Source of the DNA: an uncultured Anaerolineales bacterium
Lineage (GTDB): Bacteria > Chloroflexota > Anaerolineae > Anaerolineales > UBA11858
Reading direction: 5' to 3'
DNA: 64,000 bases
Assembly: GCA_964453155.1 (NCBI GenBank)
Contig: CAYVQU010000007.1
Coordinates: 3,036 to 67,035 of the forward strand
Position 1 is the first letter of the stretch. Each line of letters opens with the position of its first letter. The position numbers were made by a program, and so were the translations under genes. Shown piece after piece: positions 18,921-29,413 of the stretch. A model generated the notes under the pieces. The model did not search any database. It saw nothing but the letters and a program-made list of their open reading frames with translations, and was not told the DNA's origin.

Positions 18921-20213
18921 TCATATGTAATTCAATTCTTTGGCCTGGTGGCGCAGCTCATCCCGGAATTCGGGGTGGGCCACATTGATCAGGTTCGTGG
19001 CCCGTTCTCGGATTGTTTTCCCATATAATTCCGCGATGCCGTATTCGGTCACCACATAATGGACGTGGTTGCGCGTAGTCACTACTCCCGCGCCGTGCTT
19101 GAGCAGGGTCACAATCCGACTGAAATTTTTCGTCTTACTGGGGAGTGCTATGATCGGAACTCCGCCTTTGGAGCGGGAAGCGCCATAGATGAAGTCCAAC
19201 TGCCCGCCGACGCCGCTGTAGAGTTTTGGCCCGATGCTATCAGCACACACCTGACCGGTAAGATCGACCTCGATCGCCGAATTGATGGCAACCATTCTGT
19301 CATTTTGGGAAATTACAAAGGGGTCGTTGACATACTCAGTCCGATGAAATTCGATCAGGGGATTATTGTGGCACCAATTATAGAGCCGTTTGTTTCCTAA
19401 GATGAACCCCGCAATAATTTTGCCCGGATGGAGGGTTTTACGAGCATTGGTCAGCACGCCTGCTTCGACCAGATCGATAACTCCATCGGAAAACAACTCG
19501 GTGTGGACGCCCAAATCTTTCTTGTCGTACAAAAATCCCAAAACCGCGTCAGGGATGGCACCGATCCCCATTTGCATCGTGGCTTCATCGGGGATTAATT
19601 CGGCGATATATTGGGCAATTTTTGTGACGACTTCATCGCCTTCACCGCCCATGGGAACTTCGGGGAGGGCATAATCGACTGGGATGATATGATCGATCCG
19701 GTTGACATGGATGAAGGAATCTCCCAAAGTCCGCGGCATTTGTTCATTTACTTCGGCGAGGATGATCGTTGATGATTCGGCAATGGTTTTACTTAACCCA
19801 ACTTCCACCCCAAAACTACAAAAGCCATGTTCATCCGGTGGTGAAAGATGGACCATCGCCACATCTACCGGTAAGACTTTATTTTTGAAAAGCAAGGGGA
19901 ATTCTGAGAGTAATACCGGTGTGAAGTCGGCCCGACCAGCCTGCACGGCTTTACGGACATTGTGCCCAATGAAGAGGGCGTTAACCCGTAGATGACCTTC
20001 CATTTCGGGGGCGACATAATCAGCGGAGCCGACTGTGAGGGCGTGGCATATCTCTACGTTTTCAAGTTCAGGGGCCCGATCCACCAGGGCTGCGAGGGAT
20101 TTGGTGGGCACCGAACAGTTTCCGGTCAAGAAAATCCGATCATTGGATTTGATGGATTGAACCGCCTCAGCGGCTGTGCAAACTTTGTTTTTATATTGTT
20201 CTACCCAGTTCAT
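18921..20213 (-). CDS. Acetyl-CoA hydrolase/transferase family protein (4-hydroxybutyrate CoA-transferase-like)
   Basis: 430 aa. The N-terminus MNWVEQYKNKVCTAAEAVQSIKSNDRIFL and the segments GIGAIPDAV and EVDLTGQVCADSIG...SGVGGQLDF are typical of this family. Confidence 0.8.
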   Translation of the reverse strand: MNWVEQYKNKVCTAAEAVQSIKSNDRIFLTGNCSVPTKSLAALVDRAPELENVEICHALTVGSADYVAPEMEGHLRVNALFIGHNVRKAVQAGRADFTPVLLSEFPLLFKNKVLPVDVAMVHLSPPDEHGFCSFGVEVGLSKTIAESSTIILAEVNEQMPRTLGDSFIHVNRIDHIIPVDYALPEVPMGGEGDEVVTKIAQYIAELIPDEATMQMGIGAIPDAVLGFLYDKKDLGVHTELFSDGVIDLVEAGVLTNARKTLHPGKIIAGFILGNKRLYNWCHNNPLIEFHRTEYVNDPFVISQNDRMVAINSAIEVDLTGQVCADSIGPKLYSGVGGQLDFIYGASRSKGGVPIIALPSKTKNFSRIVTLLKHGAGVVTTRNHVHYVVTEYGIAELYGKTIRERATNLINVAHPEFRDELRHQAKELNYI

Positions 20214-20215
20214 CG

Positions 20216-21310
20216 CTACCTCCTGCCCTCGAGTGAATCACGTAGATAGGCGTGGACGATTTCACCATGGTGCGTATAAAGGCCGCGTTTCAGGGCGATA
20301 TTCTGCTCCAGGGCATGATCAAGTCCAATTTCGGCAATTAATTGGATGAACGGCCAGGAAGCATTGTTGAGCGAATGGGTTCCGGTACGTCCCAAAACCC
20401 CGGTCATGTTGGGGACACAGTAATGGATCACCCCTTCATCCTCATAAGTGGGCATGCTGTGCGTTGTCGGCCGACTGGTTTCGATACAGCCACCCTGATC
20501 GATAGCCAGATCGATGACCACCGAGCGGGGTCGCATGGATTGCACCATTTCCCGATTAATGACGATGGGGGTTCGGGCGCCAGGAACTTGAATGGCCCCG
20601 ACCAATACATCGGCAAACTTACAAACTTTTTCCAGGTTGAATTCGTGCGATACCATCGTGATCACTCGGTCTCGATGCCGGTGATCTAAAACCCGTAAAT
20701 TGGCTAAATCGCGATCAAAAACATACACAGAAGCACCCATGCCGATAAAGTTCCGGGCTGCGGCGCGGCCTGCGGTGCCCCCACCCAGGATGACAACTTC
20801 GGCCGGTGGCACCCCGGGTACCCCGCCTAACAGGATACCTTTGCCGCCGTAATTATTCTGGGCCAGGGTCGCAGCCACCTGGGGGACCATCCGCCCTCCG
20901 AGTTGGCTGATGGGGATTTGAACGGGGAGTTTTCCATCATCTTCCTGGATGATTTCCAAACCAATTGCGGTGACCTTCTTCTCAGCCAATTGAGCCGCTT
21001 TATCCGCCCGTCCGGCTGCCAGATGCAAAAATCCGAGAATGACGGATTCTTCCCGCAGCCATTCAAATTCCTGGACAGTGGGACGCGCGACTTTCAGGAG
21101 CAGGTCGGCCCGGCCATAGACCTCTTCACCGCTGTAAACGATTTGCCCACCTGCTTGTTGGTAATGGTAATCGCTAAATCCACTGCCGATTCCGGCCTCA
21201 TGTTCCACGAAACAGGTGTGTCCAGCCTGGGTTAACAGCCGGACCCCGGCGGGGGTCAGCCCCACCCGAAATTCGGAATCGCGGCGTTCTTTTGGGATAC
21301 AAATATTCAT
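20216..21310 (-). CDS. ald: Alanine dehydrogenase
   Basis: Start set at ATG 21310 (MNICIPKERRDSEFRVGLTPAGV), preceded by GGAGG. VVILGGGTAGRAAARNFIGMGASVYVFD is the NAD fold and AIDQGGC is conserved. 2-nt gap to the downstream gene. Confidence 0.85.
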   Translation of the reverse strand: MNICIPKERRDSEFRVGLTPAGVRLLTQAGHTCFVEHEAGIGSGFSDYHYQQAGGQIVYSGEEVYGRADLLLKVARPTVQEFEWLREESVILGFLHLAAGRADKAAQLAEKKVTAIGLEIIQEDDGKLPVQIPISQLGGRMVPQVAATLAQNNYGGKGILLGGVPGVPPAEVVILGGGTAGRAAARNFIGMGASVYVFDRDLANLRVLDHRHRDRVITMVSHEFNLEKVCKFADVLVGAIQVPGARTPIVINREMVQSMRPRSVVIDLAIDQGGCIETSRPTTHSMPTYEDEGVIHYCVPNMTGVLGRTGTHSLNNASWPFIQLIAEIGLDHALEQNIALKRGLYTHHGEIVHAYLRDSLEGRR

Positions 21311-21328
21311 TCGTGTACCTCCGGAACT

Positions 21329-21416
21329 CAAAAACAAAAAACAGGATGGACAGGAAAATTAGGATGTTTCAATCTTGGTTGGTGGATCCATCCTGCTCAT
21401 CTTGTCTATCCTGTTT
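21329..21416 (-). terminator. Intrinsic-terminator-like long hairpin plus U-tract immediately upstream of the ald RBS (possible attenuator)
   Basis: Minus-strand RNA: AAACAGGAUAGACAAG ... CCUGUCCAUCCUGUUU pairs at 14 of 16 positions. There is an inner AGGAUG/CAUCCU stem, and the structure is followed by UUUUGUUUUUGAG. Then come GGAGG and the ATG only ~20 nt later. Confidence 0.5.
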
Positions 21417-21454
21417 ACGAATTATGGCTCTTTGCGATGTGTTGTGGCCGAGTC

Positions 21455-21521
21455 AGTTCCCCGGAAACTTTGAAATACATTGACCCAGCAAGAAAAACGG
21501 ATCGGAAGTTTCCGGGGAACT
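21455..21521 (-). repeat. Perfect 16-bp inverted repeat with a 35-nt spacer in the argF-ald intergenic leader
   Basis: AGTTCCCCGGAAACTT (21455..21470) is the exact reverse complement of AAGTTTCCGGGGAACT (21506..21521). Confidence 0.7.
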
Positions 21522-21566
21522 TTCACCACATCAAAGCTAAGAGCACCTGAAATAATCAAGGAAAGG

Positions 21567-22490
21567 TTAGCCAGCACCTAATAATCGGACTAAAATGGCC
21601 TTTTGGGCATGCAGCCGGTTATGGGCCTGCGGGAACAGACGCGAGTGGGGGCCATCGGCCACTTCATCGGTGATCTCTTCCCCGCGGTGGGCTGGGAGAC
21701 AGTGGAGCACAATGACGTTGGGTTTGGCCGCTGCAACGAGTTGGGCATTGACCTGAAAGGGAGGGAACACGGCCTGACGTTTTTTGGTTTCCTCCTCCTG
21801 TCCCATGCTGGTCCAGGTGTCGGTATAAATGACATCGGCATCTTTGACTGCTGCTTGGGGATCGTTCAACAAAGTGATCGAACTACCACTGACCGCGGCG
21901 TATTTCCGACCCTGGTCGATGGCGTTTGCGGGCATATCGTAGCCCTCTGGATTGCCAATTGTAAAGTTAGCGCCCAATTTGGCACAAATATGCATGAGTG
22001 AAACCGCCACATTATTGCCATCCCCTACATAAGTGACATTTAGACCTTTCAGGTTGCCAAATTCTTCCTGGATCGTGAGGGCGTCGGCCATGGCCTGGCA
22101 GGGATGGTTAAAATCACTCAGTCCGTTGATAATGGGAATATCAGACCATTCGGCCAATTCCTCGACATGGGCGTGATCAAAAACGCGGGCCATGACAATA
22201 TCTACATATCCAGCCAGCACGCGGGCTACATCGGCGATTGATTCGCGTTTCCCCAAGCCAATTTCGGCGGGGGAGAGATAGAGGGCATCGCCACCTAACT
22301 GCCGCATTCCCATATCAAATGAAACCCTGGTTCGCAAGCTGGGCTTCTGAAAGACCATCGCCAGGACTTTATCCTTTAAAATGGGTTGGTTGCCGCCATT
22401 TTTTAATTCCGATTTGATGCTTACGGCCAGATCGAGTAACTCTTGCAAGGTTTCCCCAGAGAACTCTCCAACGGTGAGAAAATCTTTCAT
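21567..22490 (-). CDS. argF: Ornithine carbamoyltransferase
   Basis: Start set at ATG 22490 ([11 protein letters not shown]), preceded by [13 protein letters not shown] (carbamoyl-phosphate site), HPCQAMAD and [10 protein letters not shown] are canonical OTCase motifs. Confidence 0.9.
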   Translation of the reverse strand: MKDFLTVGEFSGETLQELLDLAVSIKSELKNGGNQPILKDKVLAMVFQKPSLRTRVSFDMGMRQLGGDALYLSPAEIGLGKRESIADVARVLAGYVDIVMARVFDHAHVEELAEWSDIPIINGLSDFNHPCQAMADALTIQEEFGNLKGLNVTYVGDGNNVAVSLMHICAKLGANFTIGNPEGYDMPANAIDQGRKYAAVSGSSITLLNDPQAAVKDADVIYTDTWTSMGQEEETKKRQAVFPPFQVNAQLVAAAKPNVIVLHCLPAHRGEEITDEVADGPHSRLFPQAHNRLHAQKAILVRLLGAG

Positions 22491-22777
22491 GAATATGCTC
22501 CTAAAGGTGAGTTTCCCCAAGGGTCTTGATGGCAGTGGCTATTTTGGTTCGATGCCAGACACCTCGCTAATCAGTGACTGTCACCTTTGATTTTATTGGG
22601 AAAACTCAAGGATTAAAGTTGATTTGCGGAGGTAGTATAACATGGAAGATTTTCGGAAATAAATGCCATTGTGCTGGAAATCCCTAAACCAATGTCATGC
22701 CAATTCCTTGTGAATCGCTCGTTTTTTGGTCTATAATTGCCCAGAAGAAAAGCTGGACCAACGAGGATTTTTAACCA

Positions 22778-25700
22778 ATGACAACTGATCTTATCAGAAC
22801 CCAACTTCAAGAAGGTTGTAAGATCACAACAGCAAATTGGGCCGCACGACTAGAATTGGGGCCAACCGGGTGGCGTTTGAATCAAGCTTTTGGGTTATCG
22901 CAGTCGGGACGAAATTTTGTGGCGGCGATGATTACCGGCGCCTCATTTGCTGCCTGGTTGGCGGGGGGACTAAAAACTGGACGAATTCGGTCGCGAAAAT
23001 TGGTCGATGCCCACGCCTCCCTCCTCAGTTCGCGGGTTTTCATTGTCCCAAATCCGGCCTCCCAAACGGCAGTGTTGATCGGCTGCGATCAATTGAACTC
23101 AACTGCTCGCAGCGTCTTTCGGATAATTGCTAACGGTTTCGTCTCTGCGCCCCCGATATCTCCTGACTGGGAACAAATTATCGCAAAAACGTTGAATGAA
23201 ATCACGGCGGAGATTACGTATGATTTACCGAGTGTGCTGCGGCGAATTTTAGGAGCGCTCGACCATATCCTCCCAACAGATGCGGCCGTAATCGGTCTCC
23301 GTTATGGGAGCCAGTTACAGTTACAGGCAGGGCATGGAATCCTAATTGAAGCTGGTTTGCATCAAATAGAATTAGCAGATATTCCCGCGCTTAATAATTT
23401 GCTGGCGGGGAAAAAAGAACGAATTATCCAGCCACTAACCGCCCAAGAACAATGTCCCTTATTCCCAGAATTTGAGGTTGGGTTCTGGGTGGGGTTGCCC
23501 TTGATTATTGGCACGCGGAGCATTGGCGCAATTTGCTTTTTCGCCGCGGACAAAGCCATTTTTACACCAGAGCGCCTCAAATCAGCTGAACTTATCATTG
23601 CCCATTTGGCCCCGAGTATTGAAAAAGCAGTCGCCTTTGACGAAATGTCGCACTATTTGGAGAAGTTAGCAATTCTCAACGAAATGGCCGCAACCGTAGC
23701 CATTAGCAATGATCCCCGTGAAGTTGCTGAACGAATTATGCGCCGCTTGCGGAAAATATTTAAAACCGAATTGGTCTCCTTGCTCATGGTACATCCGAAT
23801 GGGGAGACATTGTATGAATTTGGCAATCATCAATCCACGAATCAGCAGCTTGAAATTCCGATTGACCAGAGTTTGACGGGTTTTGTGGTCGATACTGGCC
23901 AACCCGCTCGTCTGGCTGATGTTCAAACTGCACCGCGTTATTACGCTCAAAATCCGGGGGTTGTCTCCGAACTGGCGGTTCCCTTGAAATATAGAGAGCG
24001 GGTGATTGGCGTGATGAATCTAGAGTCGCCTCAACCAGATGCTTTTTCGGAACGCGATGAGCAGCTATTGGTGGTCATCGCCAGTCATCTCGCCGGATTT
24101 GTTGAAAATGTACGCCTGAATGATGAAACGCGACGCCGAGTGAAAAACTTGGCCCGCTTGCACCATATAACCGAACAAATTGTGGGGTTAGAAGATATTG
24201 CTATAATTGCTCAGGTTGCCGCTGATACCATTGCTGATCAGTTTGAATATGAGATTGTTACTGTAAATTTGGCTGATGCTGATGGCAAAAATTTGGCGGT
24301 TACTGGTGTTGGAGGAATAGGGGCTACTAAAATCCGCCTGGGTTTTCAGAATGCCGCCAACTTAGGGATTACCGGTAAAGTTTATCAAACGGGGCAAAGT
24401 CGACTCGCCAAAGACACCACGCAAGACCCCGATTATATTGATTTTGCAGGCTGGCAAGCCGGATCTGAGTTATGTGTCCCGTTGCGATCAGGAGAGCAAG
24501 TCATTGGCGTTATCGATGTTGAACGAGTTACTAAAAATGCAATTTCAAAAAATGATCAATTGTTGTTAGAAGCAGTGGCCGGGTTGGTGTCTAGTGTTAT
24601 GACTAGTGCCATGCGGTTCCAGGAATTGCAAGTAAATTATCGCCATTTACAGGCCGCCCGAGAAACTGCCATCGATATCAGTACCGAGTTGGATTTAAAC
24701 ACCGTTCTCCACCGCGCCGCCCACCGGGCCAGGGAGTTAGTCGGAGCCAAAGGGGTTGAGTTAGGTTTTGTAAATCCGGATAAAGAAGTCGTCGAAGTTA
24801 AAGTTTCCGAGAATCCCTGGGGGGATCTCATTCGGGGAGCTCAAATTCCCTTTGGGGCCGGGGTGGCTGGGGTAATGGCTGTTGAAGGAAAATCTATTCG
24901 AGTGGGAAATTACAGTTCTTGGGAACATCAACTGACATTTTCGGGATCACCACCATTTTCGAGTGTAGCCGGTGTGCCCTTGATTTATCAGGGGGCAATC
25001 ATCGGGACGCTCACGGTGAGTAACGATGAGATCGGAATCCATTTTTCATCAGAAGATTTGCTGTTGCTAGAATTATTGGCTCCCCAAATTGCCGCCTCGG
25101 TGAACAATGCGAAACTTTACCAGGAATTACAAGAATCTGTGAAAGCCGAACGCCTAGCAAGTGAACGGTTAATCCAATCGGCCCGTTTAGCCGCAGTGGG
25201 TGAAATGGCTGCCGGGGTTGCTCATGAGCTTAACAATCCACTCACTACCATAACCGGGTTTGTCGAGCTGGCTATGGAAGAAATTCCAGCCGATAGCCTA
25301 TTAAAGGCTGATTTAGCCTTGGTTTTACGCGAATCTAACCGAGCAAAAGAAGTTGTCCGGCGGTTACTTGATTTTTCTCGGCCGGGTGAAGGCTTTCGGG
25401 TCCGGTCGGATATCAATGACATGGTGAGTGAAGTTATTGCCATTATTCAGCATTTAGCGCGCACCACCGGCGTTGATTTACGGATGGAATTATGGAATGA
25501 TTTGCCGTGGTTGCAAGTTGACCGGCATCAAATCAAACAGGTTATCCTAAATTTATTTCAGAATGCTTTGCAGGCCATGCCGAATGGGGGTGTTCTAAAA
25601 ATTCAAACGGCCATGCAATCCCGTGAACAGCGCGATTGGGTTACCGTTAAAGTTGAAGATACCGGGGAAGGAATTTTGCCAGATATTCTGCCGCGGATCT

Positions 25701-25873
25701 TCGAGCCATTTTTTACAACGCGGCCCCCCGGAAAAGGCGCCGGTTTAGGTTTAGCAGTCAGCTATGGCATAATACAGGATCATGGTGGTATGATCGCAGT
25801 CGAGAGTACCCCAAATCATGGGAGCGAATTCACAATTTGGCTGCCGGTGAAATCCAATCGGATGATGATTTAA
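22778..25873 (+). CDS. Sensor histidine kinase with about four GAF domains (GAFx4-HisKA-HATPase)
   Basis: The recurrent GAF C-terminal pattern occurs four times (...[39 protein letters not shown]; ...[34 protein letters not shown]). Then the H-box [13 protein letters not shown], and N/G boxes [11 protein letters not shown] and DTGEGI...FEPFFTT...GAGLGLAVS. Confidence 0.85.
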   Translation: MTTDLIRTQLQEGCKITTANWAARLELGPTGWRLNQAFGLSQSGRNFVAAMITGASFAAWLAGGLKTGRIRSRKLVDAHASLLSSRVFIVPNPASQTAVLIGCDQLNSTARSVFRIIANGFVSAPPISPDWEQIIAKTLNEITAEITYDLPSVLRRILGALDHILPTDAAVIGLRYGSQLQLQAGHGILIEAGLHQIELADIPALNNLLAGKKERIIQPLTAQEQCPLFPEFEVGFWVGLPLIIGTRSIGAICFFAADKAIFTPERLKSAELIIAHLAPSIEKAVAFDEMSHYLEKLAILNEMAATVAISNDPREVAERIMRRLRKIFKTELVSLLMVHPNGETLYEFGNHQSTNQQLEIPIDQSLTGFVVDTGQPARLADVQTAPRYYAQNPGVVSELAVPLKYRERVIGVMNLESPQPDAFSERDEQLLVVIASHLAGFVENVRLNDETRRRVKNLARLHHITEQIVGLEDIAIIAQVAADTIADQFEYEIVTVNLADADGKNLAVTGVGGIGATKIRLGFQNAANLGITGKVYQTGQSRLAKDTTQDPDYIDFAGWQAGSELCVPLRSGEQVIGVIDVERVTKNAISKNDQLLLEAVAGLVSSVMTSAMRFQELQVNYRHLQAARETAIDISTELDLNTVLHRAAHRARELVGAKGVELGFVNPDKEVVEVKVSENPWGDLIRGAQIPFGAGVAGVMAVEGKSIRVGNYSSWEHQLTFSGSPPFSSVAGVPLIYQGAIIGTLTVSNDEIGIHFSSEDLLLLELLAPQIAASVNNAKLYQELQESVKAERLASERLIQSARLAAVGEMAAGVAHELNNPLTTITGFVELAMEEIPADSLLKADLALVLRESNRAKEVVRRLLDFSRPGEGFRVRSDINDMVSEVIAIIQHLARTTGVDLRMELWNDLPWLQVDRHQIKQVILNLFQNALQAMPNGGVLKIQTAMQSREQRDWVTVKVEDTGEGILPDILPRIFEPFFTTRPPGKGAGLGLAVSYGIIQDHGGMIAVESTPNHGSEFTIWLPVKSNRMMI

Positions 25874-27447
25874 TGACAGAAATAATTGATGCCAAAGTAT
25901 TGATCGTGGATGATGAAATTGGGATCACCCGATTAACGCAGCGCTTGTTAAACCGGGCGGGTTATCATGTTGTGGCCGTTAACCGGCCGCAAAAAGCCCT
26001 CGAGTATTTAGATCAAGAACAAGTTGACTTGATGTTGGTAGATATCCGCATGCCGGAAATGGATGGATTTCAGTTAATGGAAATCGCCCGGGAAACCCAA
26101 CCCGAACTGGCTGTCGTGATTATGACTGGTTATGGCACGGTAGAAACTGCGGTTGAATCACTCCGTAAGGGGGCCGATGGGATGGTGCTCAAGCCATTTA
26201 CGGGGGTCGAGTTAGTACAGAGTATCGAACAAGCCTTACGGGAGAAACGCAGTCAACGCGAAATTCAGCGTTTACGGGTATTGCGCCCGTTATTTGACAT
26301 CACCGAAACCCTTTTCTCTGAAAAAGATCCCCACCGATTGAAGGAATTGATTCTTGAAATTGCCACGAATCACCTGAATTGTTCCAATATTCATTTGTAT
26401 CAACGCATTTCTGGCGAATATGAATTGTTGGTCGGTCCTGTGGAAACCGCCCCGACCAAATTTTCCTCCATTTTCGATCAAGCTTACAAATCAAACGATC
26501 CCATCATTGTTACCGGTGATTCACAAGAAAACGCAAATTATCACGCCTTGTTGAAAGAAATGGAATTAGGGGCTTTTGTTTGTGTCCCCAACACCTCGGA
26601 TCGTGGTTACAGCGTTTTAGCCGTCAGTCGGCATGCATCAGAAGGCAGTTTTAGTGCTGCAGATCAGGAGTTGATATTATTGTTCTCTCGCCAGGTGGCA
26701 GTCGCGATCGAGAATGCCCATTTATATCAAGAACTCCAAGATCATGTTATCCAGGTGGAAAAATCTCAACAAGCATTAATTCAGGCCGAAAAAATGGCCG
26801 CGGTGGGGCGCTTGACAGCCTCGATTGCCCATGAGATTAACAATCCTCTGCAGTCAGTACAAAATTGTTTACACATCATCCAAAATGGAAATCTCTCCGA
26901 GGATGAGTTGGGCACCTATTTGCGGCTAGTTTCCGAAGAACTTGATCGCCTGAAGAGTGCCGCGAAACGGATGTTGGAGTATTATCGACCTGGAGCTTTA
27001 CATCGTTATCCAACCCCAGTATCAGACTTGATCGAAAAAGCGCTATCACTCTTAGAAAAACAGCTTGTACGGCAAAATATAACAATTACCAAAGATTATG
27101 AAGAACGGATTCCCGATGTGATGGTGGTGGCCAATCAATTGCAGCAGGTCATCTTTAATTTGGTGTTAAATGCGATGGAGGCGATGCCATCGGGGGGCGA
27201 TCTGAACATCCAAACCAGGCAAATTGACAATCAAGTTATAATAGGAATTAAGGATTCTGGCCCCGGTATCCCGGAAAGCAATCATAAAAGTATATTTGAA
27301 CCTTTTGTTAGCACAAAAGAAGATGGCTTAGGCTTGGGGCTCACGGTTAGTTATGGAATCATAACTGCTCATGGTGGCACGTTAGAATTGTTACCCCATC
27401 TAGAAGTCGGATCAAAATTTCAAATCACCTTACCGGTAGGAGGGTAA
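25873..27447 (+). CDS. Hybrid response regulator-histidine kinase (REC-GAF-HisKA-HATPase)
   Basis: Start set at ATG 25873, overlapping the upstream stop as TAATG ([15 protein letters not shown]). Receiver motifs LMLVDIRMPEMDG and VIMTGYG..KP. GAF end-helix SRQVAVAIENAHLYQELQ. H-box ASIAHEINNPLQSV. G-box DSGPGI..GLGLGLTVS. Confidence 0.8.
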   Translation: MTEIIDAKVLIVDDEIGITRLTQRLLNRAGYHVVAVNRPQKALEYLDQEQVDLMLVDIRMPEMDGFQLMEIARETQPELAVVIMTGYGTVETAVESLRKGADGMVLKPFTGVELVQSIEQALREKRSQREIQRLRVLRPLFDITETLFSEKDPHRLKELILEIATNHLNCSNIHLYQRISGEYELLVGPVETAPTKFSSIFDQAYKSNDPIIVTGDSQENANYHALLKEMELGAFVCVPNTSDRGYSVLAVSRHASEGSFSAADQELILLFSRQVAVAIENAHLYQELQDHVIQVEKSQQALIQAEKMAAVGRLTASIAHEINNPLQSVQNCLHIIQNGNLSEDELGTYLRLVSEELDRLKSAAKRMLEYYRPGALHRYPTPVSDLIEKALSLLEKQLVRQNITITKDYEERIPDVMVVANQLQQVIFNLVLNAMEAMPSGGDLNIQTRQIDNQVIIGIKDSGPGIPESNHKSIFEPFVSTKEDGLGLGLTVSYGIITAHGGTLELLPHLEVGSKFQITLPVGG

Positions 27448-27449
27448 AA

Positions 27450-28235
27450 ATGACAGCAAAGATTCTCGTTGTTGATGATGAAAAAATTGCCCGAGTGACA
27501 TTGGCTGAGATTTTGCGGATGGAGGGCTATTCGGTTTCAGAAGCCGGTGATGGGCCGGAAGCGTTAGCCGCGGTTAAAGATAATAGCTTTGATTTAGTTT
27601 TACTCGATCTCAAAATGCCTGGTATGGATGGTATTGAGGTCATGCAAAAATTAGCTGAGATCACCCCAGATACGCTGGTTATCATGTTAACCGCCCACGG
27701 TTCAATGGAGTCGGCTATTGAAGCGCTCCGGCAGGGAGCCCATGATTATCTTATCAAACCGTCTTCGCCGCAAGAGATCTTGAGTAGCGTCGCGGCCGGC
27801 CTGGGCCGCCGGGCAGAGAACCAGCATCGCCGAATTCTTTTAGACCAATTAGATACCTCTTTGCAGCAACTACGGGATGTCGAAGGAATTTCCCAATCGG
27901 CCGCAACTGGGCGGCGGATTTTGACTTTTCCTGGTGGCATAATGGTGGACTTAGCTCGACGGGAAATTTGGCGAGGGAATGAAAAAATTAACCTGACCCC
28001 CACGGAGGGGAAACTGTTTCAAGTCCTGATTGAAAATCAGGGGCGGGTGATGACGCACCGCGAGCTGGTTTTTTTGGTGCAGGGCTATGAAATCACCGAT
28101 TGGGAAGCTCCTGAAGTTTTGCGTCCCCTGGTAAGCCGTCTACGTCGAAAATTGGCCACATTCCCTGGTGGGGATACCTGGATAGCCAATGTGCGCGGCA
28201 CTGGTTACGTTTTCGAAGTCCCCAAAGAAGAATGA
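27450..28235 (+). CDS. OmpR-family response regulator (REC + winged-helix DNA-binding domain)
   Basis: KILVVDDE, LVLLDLKMPGMDG, LTAHGS..A..GAHDYLIKP. The C-terminus LTPTEGKLFQVL...VSRLRRKL...IANVRGTGYVF is typical Trans_reg_C. Confidence 0.85.
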   Translation: MTAKILVVDDEKIARVTLAEILRMEGYSVSEAGDGPEALAAVKDNSFDLVLLDLKMPGMDGIEVMQKLAEITPDTLVIMLTAHGSMESAIEALRQGAHDYLIKPSSPQEILSSVAAGLGRRAENQHRRILLDQLDTSLQQLRDVEGISQSAATGRRILTFPGGIMVDLARREIWRGNEKINLTPTEGKLFQVLIENQGRVMTHRELVFLVQGYEITDWEAPEVLRPLVSRLRRKLATFPGGDTWIANVRGTGYVFEVPKEE

Positions 28236-28270
28236 AAAAATGGCCCGGAGAGCATCCGGGCCATTTTTTA
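28236..28270. terminator. Bidirectional rho-independent terminator
   Basis: AAAAAATGGCCCGGA-gagca-TCCGGGCCATTTTTT: a 10-bp GC-rich stem flanked by an A-run and a T-run. It sits between convergent genes, directly after the response-regulator stop. Confidence 0.85.
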
Positions 28271-28271
28271 T

Positions 28272-29219
28272 TTAATCTCTTGGCTGCCAGGGGAGGTCGC
28301 TGGGAATTGTGGGGTGACTGAGCCAACTTAACCAGCCGCCGGGGTTGCTTTTTACCGGGCGAGTTTTTTCCATCCCCACCAGGATCATCGTGATACTCAA
28401 TAGGCCGGCCCCAATCCATTGGGTCAAGGTCAGGCGTTCTCCTAACCATATTTGGGACATTGCCATGGCAACCAACAATTCACTCAATCCTAAAAATGCA
28501 GTTTGCATTCCCCCGATATTTTTGACACCCATAAATAATGTCAGCCGAGATAAGAAGGTAACTATGGTTAAACCCAACAACGGCCACCACCCTTCTATCG
28601 AAGTAAACAACCCGGTGGTATCTCCAAAAAACAGGACTGGAACCGTAATGGCACTCATGGCCAATAAGGTATAAAGTGTCACTGTGGGCGGGGGCATATC
28701 GAATAATACCCGTTGGTTGATCGGCAGATGTAAGGCATACAGCGCCGACCCAATCAGCATCTGAATCACCCCCACAATATCGATGGATTGATCACTCGTT
28801 TGAACCAATAAAACCACCGCCGGAAGAGCTAATCCAATTCGCAGAATTGTTAACCGACTAGGGGGTTGGCCATCTAAAAATAACCACAAAACCAAAAACA
28901 AGGGATACAACGAATACAGTAATTGGCCGACTCCGGCTCCAATGCGGCCTAATGCGCTGTAATAAAACAAAGACCCGAGTCCATTGATCCAACCTGCCAA
29001 AAGGCAGCCTAATAGTCCTGCCGGGTAGATAAATAAAAATTGCCGCTTAAATATACTGATGATGATCAAAAGCAAGGTGGCGGCCAATAATGTCCGAATG
29101 GCGACGACTGCCAGGGGAGGCATCCCAAACATCATAGCTCGTTTCCCAAAAACAGGTGCCATCCCTAAAAATAACGCGGATGACAGTGCGGCGGAGATCC
29201 CTCGGAGGCGTGAATTCAT
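28272..29219 (-). CDS. DMT-superfamily (EamA-like) transporter
   Basis: 315 aa with 10 hydrophobic spans in a two-repeat organisation (ALSSALFLGMAPVFGKRAM ... FLSRLTLFMGVKNIGGMQTAFLGLSELLV). Confidence 0.7.
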   Translation of the reverse strand: MNSRLRGISAALSSALFLGMAPVFGKRAMMFGMPPLAVVAIRTLLAATLLLIIISIFKRQFLFIYPAGLLGCLLAGWINGLGSLFYYSALGRIGAGVGQLLYSLYPLFLVLWLFLDGQPPSRLTILRIGLALPAVVLLVQTSDQSIDIVGVIQMLIGSALYALHLPINQRVLFDMPPPTVTLYTLLAMSAITVPVLFFGDTTGLFTSIEGWWPLLGLTIVTFLSRLTLFMGVKNIGGMQTAFLGLSELLVAMAMSQIWLGERLTLTQWIGAGLLSITMILVGMEKTRPVKSNPGGWLSWLSHPTIPSDLPWQPRD

Positions 29220-29303
29220 ATGATTACGAGCCTTTATACTTTATTGGCACAAGTTTTGTTTGATTTGTTCCTACGCAATTTAAGGAACAATTTCTGGATA
29301 TTA

Positions 29304-29358
29304 AGCAGTTTTCGGGAAGCAACTTGAAACAGAATACCCGATCAAACCGAAAACTGCT
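29304..29358 (-). repeat. Perfect 12-bp inverted repeat with a 31-nt spacer
   Basis: AGCAGTTTTCGG (29304..29315) pairs with CCGAAAACTGCT (29347..29358). Located downstream of the threonine-synthase-like gene. Confidence 0.65.
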
Positions 29359-29361
29359 CAG

Positions 29362-29411
29362 GTGTGACGGTAAATCTTGCTGATTTTATTTTCAGCGCCA
29401 AACCGTCACAC
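29362..29411 (-). repeat. Perfect 9-bp inverted repeat with a 32-nt spacer
   Basis: GTGTGACGG (29362..29370) pairs with CCGTCACAC (29403..29411). It begins 3 nt after the stop at 29414. Confidence 0.6.
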
Positions 29412-29413
29412 AC

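Noticed and set aside
22613-22810. 65-aa minus-strand ORF in the argF/kinase divergent region
   Set aside because: It overlaps the start of the kinase gene, has no RBS and shows no recognisable motif. It is probably a chance ORF in promoter DNA.
28093-28449. 118-aa minus-strand ORF spanning the terminator between the response regulator and the EamA gene
   Set aside because: It runs antisense through the end of the response-regulator gene and across a strong bidirectional terminator. It is also out of frame with the EamA gene it overlaps.
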